Source: Promethearchaeum syntrophicum | GTDB lineage: Archaea > Asgardarchaeota > Lokiarchaeia > Sigyniarchaeales > Promethearchaeaceae | Direction of reading: 5' to 3' | Assembly: GCF_008000775.2 (NCBI RefSeq) | Contig: NZ_CP042905.2 | Span: forward strand, 2,310,001 to 2,342,000 | DNA: 32,000 nt | In this document: in pieces, positions 18,667 through 27,750 of the stretch | Numbering within the stretch: position 1 is the stretch's first letter | Layout of the letters: every line of letters begins with the position of its first letter | Position numbers and translations under genes: made by a program | Notes under the pieces: generated by a model | The model's input: the letters and a program-made list of their open reading frames with translations, nothing else | Databases searched by the model: none | Told to the model about the DNA's origin: nothing

Positions 18667-19606
18667 AGAAAATTTAACTCAAAATCAGAATGAAGGTTCA
18701 GAAATTGATGATGTTTCTAATGAACAATTAAACGACACAATTTTATCCGAATTAGATGAGGAACAAGAAGAGTATCAAGAATTAATTTTGGAACGAGAAA
18801 AAGAACAAGAAGAATTTGAGAAATCTGTTGAAGAGTTGAAAGAGGAATTAAAACCTTTAATAAATAATTTTTGCGAAATTTGTTCAAAGACAGATAAAAT
18901 TACATTTGAACAAGAAATCAAGCAAATTTACAAAGAATACGAAGCTAATCATTATAGTGCATTAGCATTATATTGTGGAAGGGTTTATGAATATATTATT
19001 TATCAGCTAGGTTGGAAAGTTTTACAAAATGCTATGTATTCAACAATGTTTGTTAATTCCGAACCAGAAAGAAAAAGAAGACATACTATAATAAATGAAA
19101 TCGAAGGCTATTTAACTATTAAAGCCTATGGTCATTCTAAAACAGATTATTCTCAATATTTTCGAATCTACGATGATAAAATTTATAGTATCCGAAATAA
19201 AGCAGCCCATCCAAAATATGATGGAAGTTTTAGTCTGATTTCTAAACGAGAAGCAGAAGAGGCAATTAAAACTTTGATTGAGGCGATATCATTTTTAAAT
19301 GAGAAATTTTATCAAGTTAAACAAATAGAAAAAGGAATAGAATTTGAAATTCGAGCAATTTTTGATAGGATAATGCCTTTTTTTAGTGGAACAATAGAGA
19401 TACAAGAAGAAATTTTGCATTTTAAAGAAAATGAAGATATAATAAAGGCATTTATTGAATTCTTTAAATTGATCATAATTGAAAAAAGTTGGAAATATCA
19501 GGCTGAATTTAATAAATTATTAAAAGAAAATGTAGATATTAGAGAATCATTAAAGATTTTAAAAAAAATATACAAGGATTTAAATTTAAAAAGTCTAGAT
19601 AATTAA
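18653..19606 (+). CDS. DUF4145/HEPN-like protein with acidic N-terminal coiled segment (317 aa), overlaps previous gene
   Basis: 14-nt overlap with the upstream ORF. YEANHYSALALYCGRVYEYIIYQ...DDKIYSIRNKAAHPKYDGSFSLISKREAEEAIKTLIEAISFL contains RNKAAHP (Rx4H HEPN-like motif). Confidence 0.6.
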   Translation: MSMVEENLTQNQNEGSEIDDVSNEQLNDTILSELDEEQEEYQELILEREKEQEEFEKSVEELKEELKPLINNFCEICSKTDKITFEQEIKQIYKEYEANHYSALALYCGRVYEYIIYQLGWKVLQNAMYSTMFVNSEPERKRRHTIINEIEGYLTIKAYGHSKTDYSQYFRIYDDKIYSIRNKAAHPKYDGSFSLISKREAEEAIKTLIEAISFLNEKFYQVKQIEKGIEFEIRAIFDRIMPFFSGTIEIQEEILHFKENEDIIKAFIEFFKLIIIEKSWKYQAEFNKLLKENVDIRESLKILKKIYKDLNLKSLDN

Positions 19607-19785
19607 AAAATCTCAAACTATTATGGAAAAAACTTATCATACAATTCCAACCTTTCTTCCTCCGGAATCTTCCTGTATTACTTTAATAGATGGAGAAATA
19701 TATGAAAAAATCCTATTATCTTTAATTTCTTTTTGCATACTTGGTAGATAACAATTTCATTTGTTTAGATTTGTTTAGGGTTTTT

Positions 19786-21507
19786 TTATATATCTAAAAT
19801 TTTCTGAAATTGTTCTTTTATTAATTTTTCTCGCTCTCCGATAAAATTCTGAAAATTTGAAAAAGATAAATCTACATTAGGGATAAAATTTTGATTTTTA
19901 TAAATTATAATTTGCTCATTATCAAATGTATTATTAAGCCATGATAAGAAATCCTTATTAGATTTTTCTTCGTTCAATTTTCCAGACATTAGCTGCAGAT
20001 TACCGATTTTATCACATATTTTACGAAATATGTCAATATTTTCTTCCGAAATACCTAATTCTCTAAGTTTCTTCTTTTTAAAATAACTTTTAGGAAAAAT
20101 ATGATCTTGATGAAAATGATTTCTAAAATCTAAAGAGGGATAGAGAAGAGACAAAATAGTAAAAGTAAATCTTTGACCATATTTATTAGATAATAATTCA
20201 TCAATTTCATCATTAGTAAAAATTAAAGATTTAGGGGTTCCTCGAAAATGTTCAATCATTTCGTTAATTGGAAAATACTTAGGATTTTGTTGAATTATTG
20301 TTCTCATCGGTAGTAATACATTATCAGGCTGTCCACTAAACATTCTTTTTAAAAGCACAATAGCTAACCATTTCTGTATTATTTTTCGATCATTTTTGTA
20401 TAAATCAGATGAAAGGAAGGAACTAGAAAAATCATTAGTATAAATAAAATATGCTATTGGGATTATTGAATTATTTGAAGACAAGGTTTGAAAACTATAA
20501 CCTAAATTCGCAATTAGATTTATTGTGATTCTCAAAGTTTTTTTTATTTTATTCCAATTTTCTTCAATGGTTAACATATTATTTTTATTAAAATTATCAA
20601 CTTTAAACGCAATCTTGGGAAAATTACATAGCACCAAACACGTTTTTAAAATAAAATCTTTACTAAATTTAAAGCCATCCGGAATTTTATTGATTTCATC
20701 ATTAAAAGCTGATATCTGTTCACGAGCATCCAATTTTTCCCATTGAGCAGTCGCAATGGACAGTAATAAATCTGAATAGCTCAATATTGTCCCACCACTG
20801 TTAATTCTAATAAAAATATTTAATACTTTATCTAATTCTTGACTTTTCTCCATAAAATAATTAATATTTTCTTCAAAATTAATTCCTTCAAAAAGAGCAG
20901 ATAAGCGTTTATGAATTTTTTTATTTTCAAATAATCCATGAGATACTAAGTATGAAAAAACATCACCTAAATCTCCCATATCTAAAATTTTTCCCACCTT
21001 GAACCATCGTTCTTGTTCAGATTGAATTGATGCTTCTTTGGGAGTTAAAAATTGAAAATCATATTTCATATCGCTTTCTTGGGAATCTCTCATTAGATTA
21101 ATGTATAATATTTTTTTGGGAAAAGCTGTATCGTTAAACCAACGTTTTCTGGGTATTTTTTCTGCATAACTACCTTTTAATCCTAAATACAATGCTGTTA
21201 ATCTTTGTTGACCATCAAGAATAGCAATTAAATCATTATCTCCATAAATAGATGCTTTTTGATTATGTTTATTATCCCGTTCATGAAAGTTCCGTATAAA
21301 TTCATAAAATTGAAAATTATTTTTCTTTTCATTCGCGACTTCCCATAAAAGGAAAGAACCAATTGGATATTTTTGCATTATTGAATCAAATAATCTACAT
21401 ATTTGTTTTTTATTCCATACAAATTCCCTTTGAATTGCAGGAAGAATATAATTTTTCTTCTGTATTTTATTAATTACTTCTTTTATTGTAATTTTTGCAT
21501 GTGGCAT
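19786..21507 (-). CDS. GmrSD-family protein: DUF262 (ParB/Srx-like) plus DUF1524 HNH-like nuclease
   Basis: N-terminal ILPAIQREFVWNKKQICRLFDSIMQKYPIGSFLLWE; AILDGQQRLTALYLGLKG; C-terminal HFHQDHIFPKSYF...ICDKIGNLQLMSGKLNEEKSNKDFLSWL. Confidence 0.9.
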   Translation of the reverse strand: MPHAKITIKEVINKIQKKNYILPAIQREFVWNKKQICRLFDSIMQKYPIGSFLLWEVANEKKNNFQFYEFIRNFHERDNKHNQKASIYGDNDLIAILDGQQRLTALYLGLKGSYAEKIPRKRWFNDTAFPKKILYINLMRDSQESDMKYDFQFLTPKEASIQSEQERWFKVGKILDMGDLGDVFSYLVSHGLFENKKIHKRLSALFEGINFEENINYFMEKSQELDKVLNIFIRINSGGTILSYSDLLLSIATAQWEKLDAREQISAFNDEINKIPDGFKFSKDFILKTCLVLCNFPKIAFKVDNFNKNNMLTIEENWNKIKKTLRITINLIANLGYSFQTLSSNNSIIPIAYFIYTNDFSSSFLSSDLYKNDRKIIQKWLAIVLLKRMFSGQPDNVLLPMRTIIQQNPKYFPINEMIEHFRGTPKSLIFTNDEIDELLSNKYGQRFTFTILSLLYPSLDFRNHFHQDHIFPKSYFKKKKLRELGISEENIDIFRKICDKIGNLQLMSGKLNEEKSNKDFLSWLNNTFDNEQIIIYKNQNFIPNVDLSFSNFQNFIGEREKLIKEQFQKILDI

Positions 21508-21685
21508 TATACTAAATTACTAATTTTAGACATTTATATGTTTTTTTCATATTAAAGCAATAAAAAATCTGATCTTTAGACATAACCTTTGATTTTTTTT
21601 CTTTTAAATTTCTAAGTTGTAAAGGTTTATAACTAAGCTATTCTGTTAGAAATACATTCTTTATCTATCTTTTTATCCCAATCAA

Positions 21686-21892
21686 TTGCTTTTTCACAAA
21701 ATCAAACATTCTTTTCCAATACGAGAAAATTGCAATTCAATAGCAAGATATTTATTCATAAAAAGGGATGTAAAAAAATTTGTATCTTTAATTAATTCTG
21801 AATTTCTTCTTTTTGATTGCCCCCCCAATAAAATGCTTACAGATAGAAGGATATATCAATACATGGCAAGTCCTGAAAGACCAATTTTTTAG
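21686..21892 (+). other. Weakly supported small ORF of unknown function
   Basis: 68 aa open frame in an otherwise non-coding gap, no recognised motif. Confidence 0.15.
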
Positions 21893-22303
21893 GTTTTTCA
21901 AATGAAAAATAATATCTGCAATTCAAAAAAAGGGTTTGGAACGAAATTGAAGTTTGAAAAATCAGAGTTAGAAACTAAATTTGAATTTAAAATTTCATGA
22001 TATAGGGGATTAGCTGAATTATTGAAAGGTTGTTAAGTCAGAGAAACTAAAATGCATGCAATCAAAGTTATAATTAATGAATTGCAGAAAAAAGAACAAG
22101 AAGAATTAGAAAGAATAAAAAACAAAAAAGCCTATTAAGATTTTTTTCTTGATTTTGTGCGAATTTTTCAATATTTAACAAAGAATATGTGGGACTTTTC
22201 ATTTTTTTTCAAAAAAACTTATAGGTATTTTCAACCCATAGAAAAGTAGTGAAAATTAAAGAAAAAGCTATAAATTTCGTCACTAAAAGTTGGTATTATA
22301 CTA

Positions 22304-23476
22304 ATGGTATATTTAGGTACCAAGAAGGAAGAGTTACCACCCTACATTTCAAACCTTATCTTTTTTAAATTGGAACCAGAGAAGAAAGCTTTTCAAAAAT
22401 CGATTTTAAAAATGATTTTTAATTTTGCAAGAATCACTAAAAGAAACATTTTTATTGATTATAGTTTGGAGGAGTTAGAGAGCTATATTAACGATTTCTT
22501 TGACAAATACATGAAATTTTTCAAAAAATATCAATCAATAGATAAACTAAGAAAGAATATGTATGCAAAAGTAAATAAAAAATTGAGCGAATTTATGTAC
22601 TTTAGAGAAATATTACTTATAAAAAGTGAAGCAGCAGCTTTACAAAAAATTGAAAAATCACAATCTATTGAATTTATTTCAGGAGATGAGTGTAAATTCT
22701 ATACAAATCATTTTAAGTCTTCAAAAGTAGGATATGTCACAACAATATCGATATGTAAAACTGATTCATTACCTAAGGAATTATTAAAATTTAAAAAACT
22801 TAATGAACTAATCCTTCCAGATTATAATTCTGAATCATTTCCTGATTGGATCGGGGAATTATCAACTTTAAAGCACTTAATTTCTCAGGATTGCAAAATT
22901 AAACATTTACCTCCTTCACTTGTTAATCTGAAAAAACTTGAAACTTTAAATTTAACACATAGTTCTATGGAAAATTTGCCTGATTTCATTGGTAAATTAG
23001 AAAATTTGAAATATATTAATTTTTCACATAGTAAAATCACATCTATCCCCCAAAGTTTTCAAGATTTAAAAAATTTAGAAAAGTTATATTTTGCATGTAC
23101 GGATATTAAGATTCTCCCTGAATTGATTGGAAATTTAGAAAACTTGGTTGAATTATCTGGGAATTTTGAAATTTTACCAGAATCTATTGGTAATTTAACA
23201 AATTTGAAAAAATTCCACTCTTCAAATATAAAAAATATCCCAAAATCCTTTTTAAATTTAAAGAATTTAAAAGAAGGCTTAATATTTATATCCCTTGATA
23301 CAGATTTATCACCAGAAATGATTGAGTTTCTAGAAAAATTAAAAATTAAAGATTGTATTGTATTATATTCAGAAAAATGCTATGATGATTTTTATAATAA
23401 TACTTGGGTGAGTAAGAATGGTGGAAAAACAAAAGAAAAATTATCTAGTGTTGCAAAATTTATCAAAGAAAAATAG
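22304..23476 (+). CDS. Leucine-rich-repeat protein with unassigned N-terminal helical domain (390 aa)
   Basis: LRRs such as LPPSLVNLKKLETLNLTHSSMENLPDFIGKLENLKYINFSHSKITSIPQSFQDLKNLEKLYFACTDIKILPELIGNLENL. Confidence 0.85.
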   Translation: MVYLGTKKEELPPYISNLIFFKLEPEKKAFQKSILKMIFNFARITKRNIFIDYSLEELESYINDFFDKYMKFFKKYQSIDKLRKNMYAKVNKKLSEFMYFREILLIKSEAAALQKIEKSQSIEFISGDECKFYTNHFKSSKVGYVTTISICKTDSLPKELLKFKKLNELILPDYNSESFPDWIGELSTLKHLISQDCKIKHLPPSLVNLKKLETLNLTHSSMENLPDFIGKLENLKYINFSHSKITSIPQSFQDLKNLEKLYFACTDIKILPELIGNLENLVELSGNFEILPESIGNLTNLKKFHSSNIKNIPKSFLNLKNLKEGLIFISLDTDLSPEMIEFLEKLKIKDCIVLYSEKCYDDFYNNTWVSKNGGKTKEKLSSVAKFIKEK

Positions 23477-23733
23477 AATCTATAACTGGGATTAAGATTG
23501 ATAAAGTTTACCTTGATCGTACAATTAAAAGAAATAATGTACTAATCCAAGAAATTAAGAGAAAAAATTCCTTGTGAATGAAGATCACATTCACTTCTAA
23601 CCCCCAATCTTTTTTCCAATCGCTTTATCTAATTCTTCAGCCAAAATTAATACATCCTTGCCTAATAATCCCAAATTCTTCAGATATCCTACCCGTCGAA
23701 GAAGATTTCTTGTACGTCGTAAATCTTTGAGTT

Positions 23734-25005
23734 CTAAAACATTGAATCCGATTTCAGACATATACTTGGATAAGGAGCTTCTGGGGCGAATGATGTCTTA
23801 TCTCGTAGAGATGCGTAGGTAATTTTTGCAATCTTGCCTGCTATAATACAATATGCAAGTTTTTTAGATCGATCTCCTTTTCGGGCGAGAATGCGGTTTG
23901 TATACGCTTTTAGATCGGATTCATGTTTTAGAAAATTACAAACCACTACTGCCGCATTATAAAAGAGTGTGCGTAAGAATTTGTTAGAATGTCGATTTGT
24001 GTGCGCATGATAGATCTTTCCTGCTGAACTTACTACATTTGGGCAACATCCACAATACGAACGAAAATGTCGCCAAGATGGAAAATAGGATATTGAACCA
24101 ATCTCGGCTAAAATCCAAACTGCCGAAAATGAGGAGATACCTGGGATTGTAGATAATTGATGTGCTTGTTGCCTAAGACCTGGACAATCTAAAAGTAGTT
24201 TATCTACTTCCAAAGCAAGAATGGTTTTACGGCTGGTTTTAAAATCTAAATCAATCAAATGTTGTCGAATTAGTGCTCGTTGTACAGAAGTAAGGGATAA
24301 TTCGTAAAATGACTCAAATTTGGCTTCATTTTTAACCAAACTATTTCGATGTTTTAATAAAACATTAGGATTTTGCATAAAATCTTGAGTGAATTGTCCT
24401 AATGTCTTTGATTGCTGAATAAACCCATAAAGGAAATATTTGGTCCATTCATGATTCAAATTTAATCCGCGAGGACGAATGCCTGCACGATCCAACGTTT
24501 TTCGAATTCGATTCTTTAGCATTGTACGATCTTTTTCTAGTTTTATGGCCATTCGGAAGATTGCTTTGAGATCTTCAAGAATAAAAATAATTTTCTTACC
24601 ATTTTTAAGGAGGCCATTAGCGACGTACTTTGCAAGTTTGATGGCATCAATCTTATCGTGTTTTGCAGTACCTGGAATTCCCGCAGCGTCTGCTGGATTT
24701 GAAACAACTATGTCATAAGACCAACTCGAATCAAGCCGTTTTCTTTCTAAAAATTGAACAACGGCATGATGATAGATTCCTGTAGATTCCATCGCAAATG
24801 CTACAGGGCGATATTTTTTTACAAATCCAAAAAGTTGTCTTAATCCATCTTGATCCGTTTGAAAAATACTGGTTTTTATAAAATCTCTGTTAGTTCGGTC
24901 TCTTGCATAGATACAAGCAGTAATTTCATGTTTATGCACATCCATCCCACAATAATAAATCACTCTTGTGAGATCTTCCGAAAATTTAAACGGTTTCTTT
25001 TCCAT
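23734..25005 (-). CDS. IS110-family DEDD transposase
   Basis: CGMDVHKHEITACIYARD...VAFAMESTGIYHHAVVQFLE; C-terminal LSTIPGISSFSAVWILAEIGSISYFPSWRHFRSYCGCCPNVVSSAGK...RTLFYNAAVV. The track ORF begins at 25035, but MEKKPF at 25005 has a GGTGA ribosome-binding-like sequence upstream. Confidence 0.92.
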   Translation of the reverse strand: MEKKPFKFSEDLTRVIYYCGMDVHKHEITACIYARDRTNRDFIKTSIFQTDQDGLRQLFGFVKKYRPVAFAMESTGIYHHAVVQFLERKRLDSSWSYDIVVSNPADAAGIPGTAKHDKIDAIKLAKYVANGLLKNGKKIIFILEDLKAIFRMAIKLEKDRTMLKNRIRKTLDRAGIRPRGLNLNHEWTKYFLYGFIQQSKTLGQFTQDFMQNPNVLLKHRNSLVKNEAKFESFYELSLTSVQRALIRQHLIDLDFKTSRKTILALEVDKLLLDCPGLRQQAHQLSTIPGISSFSAVWILAEIGSISYFPSWRHFRSYCGCCPNVVSSAGKIYHAHTNRHSNKFLRTLFYNAAVVVCNFLKHESDLKAYTNRILARKGDRSKKLAYCIIAGKIAKITYASLRDKTSFAPEAPYPSICLKSDSMF

Positions 25006-25035
25006 AATATACTCACCCTTCAAGGGACCAAACAC

Positions 25036-25280
25036 GATAGCCTCCGCTGATTAAGGATTTTCAGGCTGTAACTGATATTCTTCCTCCTCATGACGAGACT
25101 CTTCAGAGACCATTGTGTTTGGGTTACTCCATGATGCATGGAGGGTATATTCCAAACATACAGACGACATATCTGGGCCTTTCTCAAGTTTTATCTAGAG
25201 GTTTGCTCATATTGAGCCTCCTAGGGGTTTCTAAGCTGGAAGAGTTTCAACTCAGTCGTCGTCCAACTAATTTTTTCTCA
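25036..25280 (-). ncRNA. Candidate IS110 bridge (guide) RNA region in the element's non-coding end
   Basis: Located 5' of the transposase. Contains hairpins 25117-25157 (GTTTGG..ACTCCATG-atg-CATGGAGG..CCAAAC) and 25195-25224 (CTAGAGG-ttt-GCTC-atatt-GAGC-CTC-CTAG), in a locally GC-richer block. Confidence 0.45.
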
Positions 25281-25489
25281 AGATTTCAACTTTTGATAAG
25301 TTGTACCAAAAATGATACCTAGCTTGAGTATGATGGAATATGTCTAAGAAGATCCACATTGATTCTCTTGGATTTTACGGTACAATAAAGGAACTCGGAA
25401 AAAAAGATAAAAATAAAATATGAAAGATATCAGAATTCTTTTATAATCCTAATAATAATTCTTGAATGGAAAGTTATCATCTAAATATC

Positions 25490-25984
25490 TTATTTATATA
25501 AATTAGAATTTATTAGATTTCTTTTTGTATTTCCAAAAATTCGGACAATTGAATCCATCCATCCCATTGTAATACATTCTTTAATTGAAATTGTTTTAAA
25601 TTCCTCTTTATTTTTTTTATTTATCTTTGTTGGCATTCTATCTATTTCATGAACTGATACCCAATACCATGTATAATACCCGCTTTCTTTAGTAGTTATT
25701 GCAAGCCATACTTCTAAATCATATGATTTAGCAAATTTTAATAATTTCTGAAATTCGTTGATTCCAATAGTAAAATTTCCATATTTCGTATAAATTCGTT
25801 TTAATTTAACATCAACATAAATATCTCTCTGATAAGGAAGCTGAATAACAAAATCTGGGCGTTTAATTATCATAGAAAAGGATTCTGCAAACGTTTCTGG
25901 ACTTTGATCAATAAAATACCATGAAGTTTTTTGATGATTTAACCAATTTTTAAATTTTTCCTCGCTAAGAGTCAAGTTTTGCAT
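25490..25984 (-). CDS. Putative PD-(D/E)xK nuclease-fold protein (164 aa)
   Basis: RPDFVIQLPYQRDIYVDVKLKRIYTKYGNFTIGINEFQKLLKFAKSYDLEVWLAITTK matches PD...(D/E)xK ordering followed by the usual helix and strand. Confidence 0.55.
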   Translation of the reverse strand: MQNLTLSEEKFKNWLNHQKTSWYFIDQSPETFAESFSMIIKRPDFVIQLPYQRDIYVDVKLKRIYTKYGNFTIGINEFQKLLKFAKSYDLEVWLAITTKESGYYTWYWVSVHEIDRMPTKINKKNKEEFKTISIKECITMGWMDSIVRIFGNTKRNLINSNLYK

Positions 25985-25988
25985 TTTA

Positions 25989-27032
25989 TTATTTTCCTCC
26001 TTTTTTTATACATTCAGGATGATATCTAAATCCTAGATCATCTTCAATGACTTTTTCAGACAAAACATAATAAATATCTCCTGAAATCTTTACTTCTCCA
26101 ATTGTTCCCCAAATTAAAGAATTTAAATCACCATATAATTCCATTATTAAATCTTTTGACATACTTTTATAGAATCTATAAGTCTTTTTTTCAATAGTTT
26201 CAAAATTAGTCCTATCGAGAAGTGAAATTGATTGATTAAATTCAGAACATAATTGAAAAATATTAAGTGGTAAACCGCAATATTCACAAGATTCACTAAG
26301 GTTCGATTTAAAACCAGAATAATTATCCCAAGTAAAAAAATGTTTAATTTTATCAAAAATATTTGTACTTAGACTAATTTTCTGTCGATAATAAACTGCA
26401 TGAGCACATTTCAAATGAGTTTTCAATTCATATGCAATTACTTCCGAAATGCTATCTATTAAAATAAGTTTTATATGAACTTTTGTTGATTCTACTTTTT
26501 GATAACAAATTGGACAGACATTTAATAATCGTGCAGCACGATAACTAAGTGTTATCATATTATCTTCATCAGGATGTCGGTATATTAACTCGTATCTTAA
26601 TAAAAGGTCTTTATTTTCAGATAATTGTTTCATCAGATCTTGATTATTTTGATCAAGTTTTTTCTCGGATCTAATATTTTTCTTTTCTAAATATATATAT
26701 ATCCGCTGTTTCGATAAATATTGAAAAAGCGACAAATATTTCTCGATATTTTTTTTGCCTTCATCCCAATTACTTGATATAAAATAACCTTTACCTGCAC
26801 TAAATTGAATTATCTCTTCTTTAATCAAATGTTTAGCATGATCATATATTGTGGTTTTTCCAACAGGTTGTTGTTTCTTTTTATCTCGATATTCATTTAT
26901 TTCTTTAAATAATTCTGCTAATGTTAATGTGTTTGAAGTAGCTTGCTGCAATGCAGAAATTATTTCATCATCACTTAATTTTTTCTTTTCTATTACATCT
27001 TCACTTATTTTTTTTGTCATAATTTTCATCAT
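25989..27032 (-). CDS. Winged-helix N-terminal protein with two treble-clef-like zinc-binding segments (347 aa)
   Basis: N-terminal ALQQATSNTLTLAELFKEINEYR...VGKTTIYDHAKHLIKEEIIQFSAGKGYFIS (wHTH-like). Two zinc-binding segments: CPIC...HLKCAH and CEYC...YHPEC. Ends 5 nt before the downstream gene begins. Confidence 0.6.
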   Translation of the reverse strand: MMKIMTKKISEDVIEKKKLSDDEIISALQQATSNTLTLAELFKEINEYRDKKKQQPVGKTTIYDHAKHLIKEEIIQFSAGKGYFISSNWDEGKKNIEKYLSLFQYLSKQRIYIYLEKKNIRSEKKLDQNNQDLMKQLSENKDLLLRYELIYRHPDEDNMITLSYRAARLLNVCPICYQKVESTKVHIKLILIDSISEVIAYELKTHLKCAHAVYYRQKISLSTNIFDKIKHFFTWDNYSGFKSNLSESCEYCGLPLNIFQLCSEFNQSISLLDRTNFETIEKKTYRFYKSMSKDLIMELYGDLNSLIWGTIGEVKISGDIYYVLSEKVIEDDLGFRYHPECIKKGGK

Positions 27033-27345
27033 TTTAATTTTTTATTATAAAAGATGACTATTTTCCAATTAAAATTAAAGAAACACGAATATTTAATTGT
27101 TATTTCCGAATAAAAAATTTAAGTCTTCGAATATATATAAATAATTTTTAAAATTTTACTCATTTTTATTCTGATCAAATTCGGATTATATTCTTAATTG
27201 TTCGAAACCAATTCGAAAGGAACAATAAGAAGGGGTATTTTAAGTTAAAAATATTCAAACCTGCTTAACTAACATTTAAGGCGTAATTATTAATAAAATT
27301 ACTAACATCCAACCTTTTAATTGAATTTTTTTTGTAATTGAAAGT

Positions 27346-27594
27346 ATGAATAGAAGAAAAAATAAAACCTACATTGATAAAGCAGGTTATAAACGATTTA
27401 GGGATTCTGGAACTCTTTTTCACCGATACGTTGCTGAAAGAAAATTAAGAAGAAAACTGCGCAGCGGTGAAGTAGTGCATCATAAGAACAGAGATAAAAG
27501 GGATAATCGGCGTTCAAATTTGTGGGTATTTAGTTCGCAAAAGAAACACTATATGGCTCATAAAGAAGATAAAAGAAGGTTTGGATATTGGTAA
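27346..27594 (+). CDS. Small HNH endonuclease-like protein (82 aa)
   Basis: LFHRYVAERKLRRKLRSGEVVHHKNRDKRDNRRSNLWVFSSQKKH is a classic small HNH motif with HH...N...N. Confidence 0.8.
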   Translation: MNRRKNKTYIDKAGYKRFRDSGTLFHRYVAERKLRRKLRSGEVVHHKNRDKRDNRRSNLWVFSSQKKHYMAHKEDKRRFGYW

Positions 27595-27750
27595 AAATAA
27601 GTTTTATAAATGACATGAAGGCTTTTTATTCCTTAAGAGGCTTTTGATTAGAATTTTTCTTTAATCTAAGCTTATTAACTTCAATAATTCATAAATCCAC
27701 TTAATCTCCAATCTCATAACTAATCTACCATGAAATAATAAAAAAATTAA

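Larger units (their letters stand above)
23596..25330 (-). mobile_element. IS110-family insertion element (approximate bounds)
   Basis: Contains an IS110-type transposase (23734-25005) and a conspicuously GC-richer, structured non-coding leader upstream of it. Exact ends cannot be fixed without a paralogue or empty site. Confidence 0.6.

Noticed and set aside
17619-20746. ORFs 17619-17870 (-) and 20525-20746 (+)
   Set aside because: Antisense to longer, better-supported genes.
24479-25322. ORFs 24479-24718, 24850-25050 and 25113-25322 (+)
   Set aside because: Antisense to the IS110 transposase or its structured leader; openness explained by the element's composition.
26147-27057. ORFs 26147-26356 (-) and 26851-27057 (+)
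   Set aside because: Alternate or antisense frames of the wHTH/treble-clef gene.
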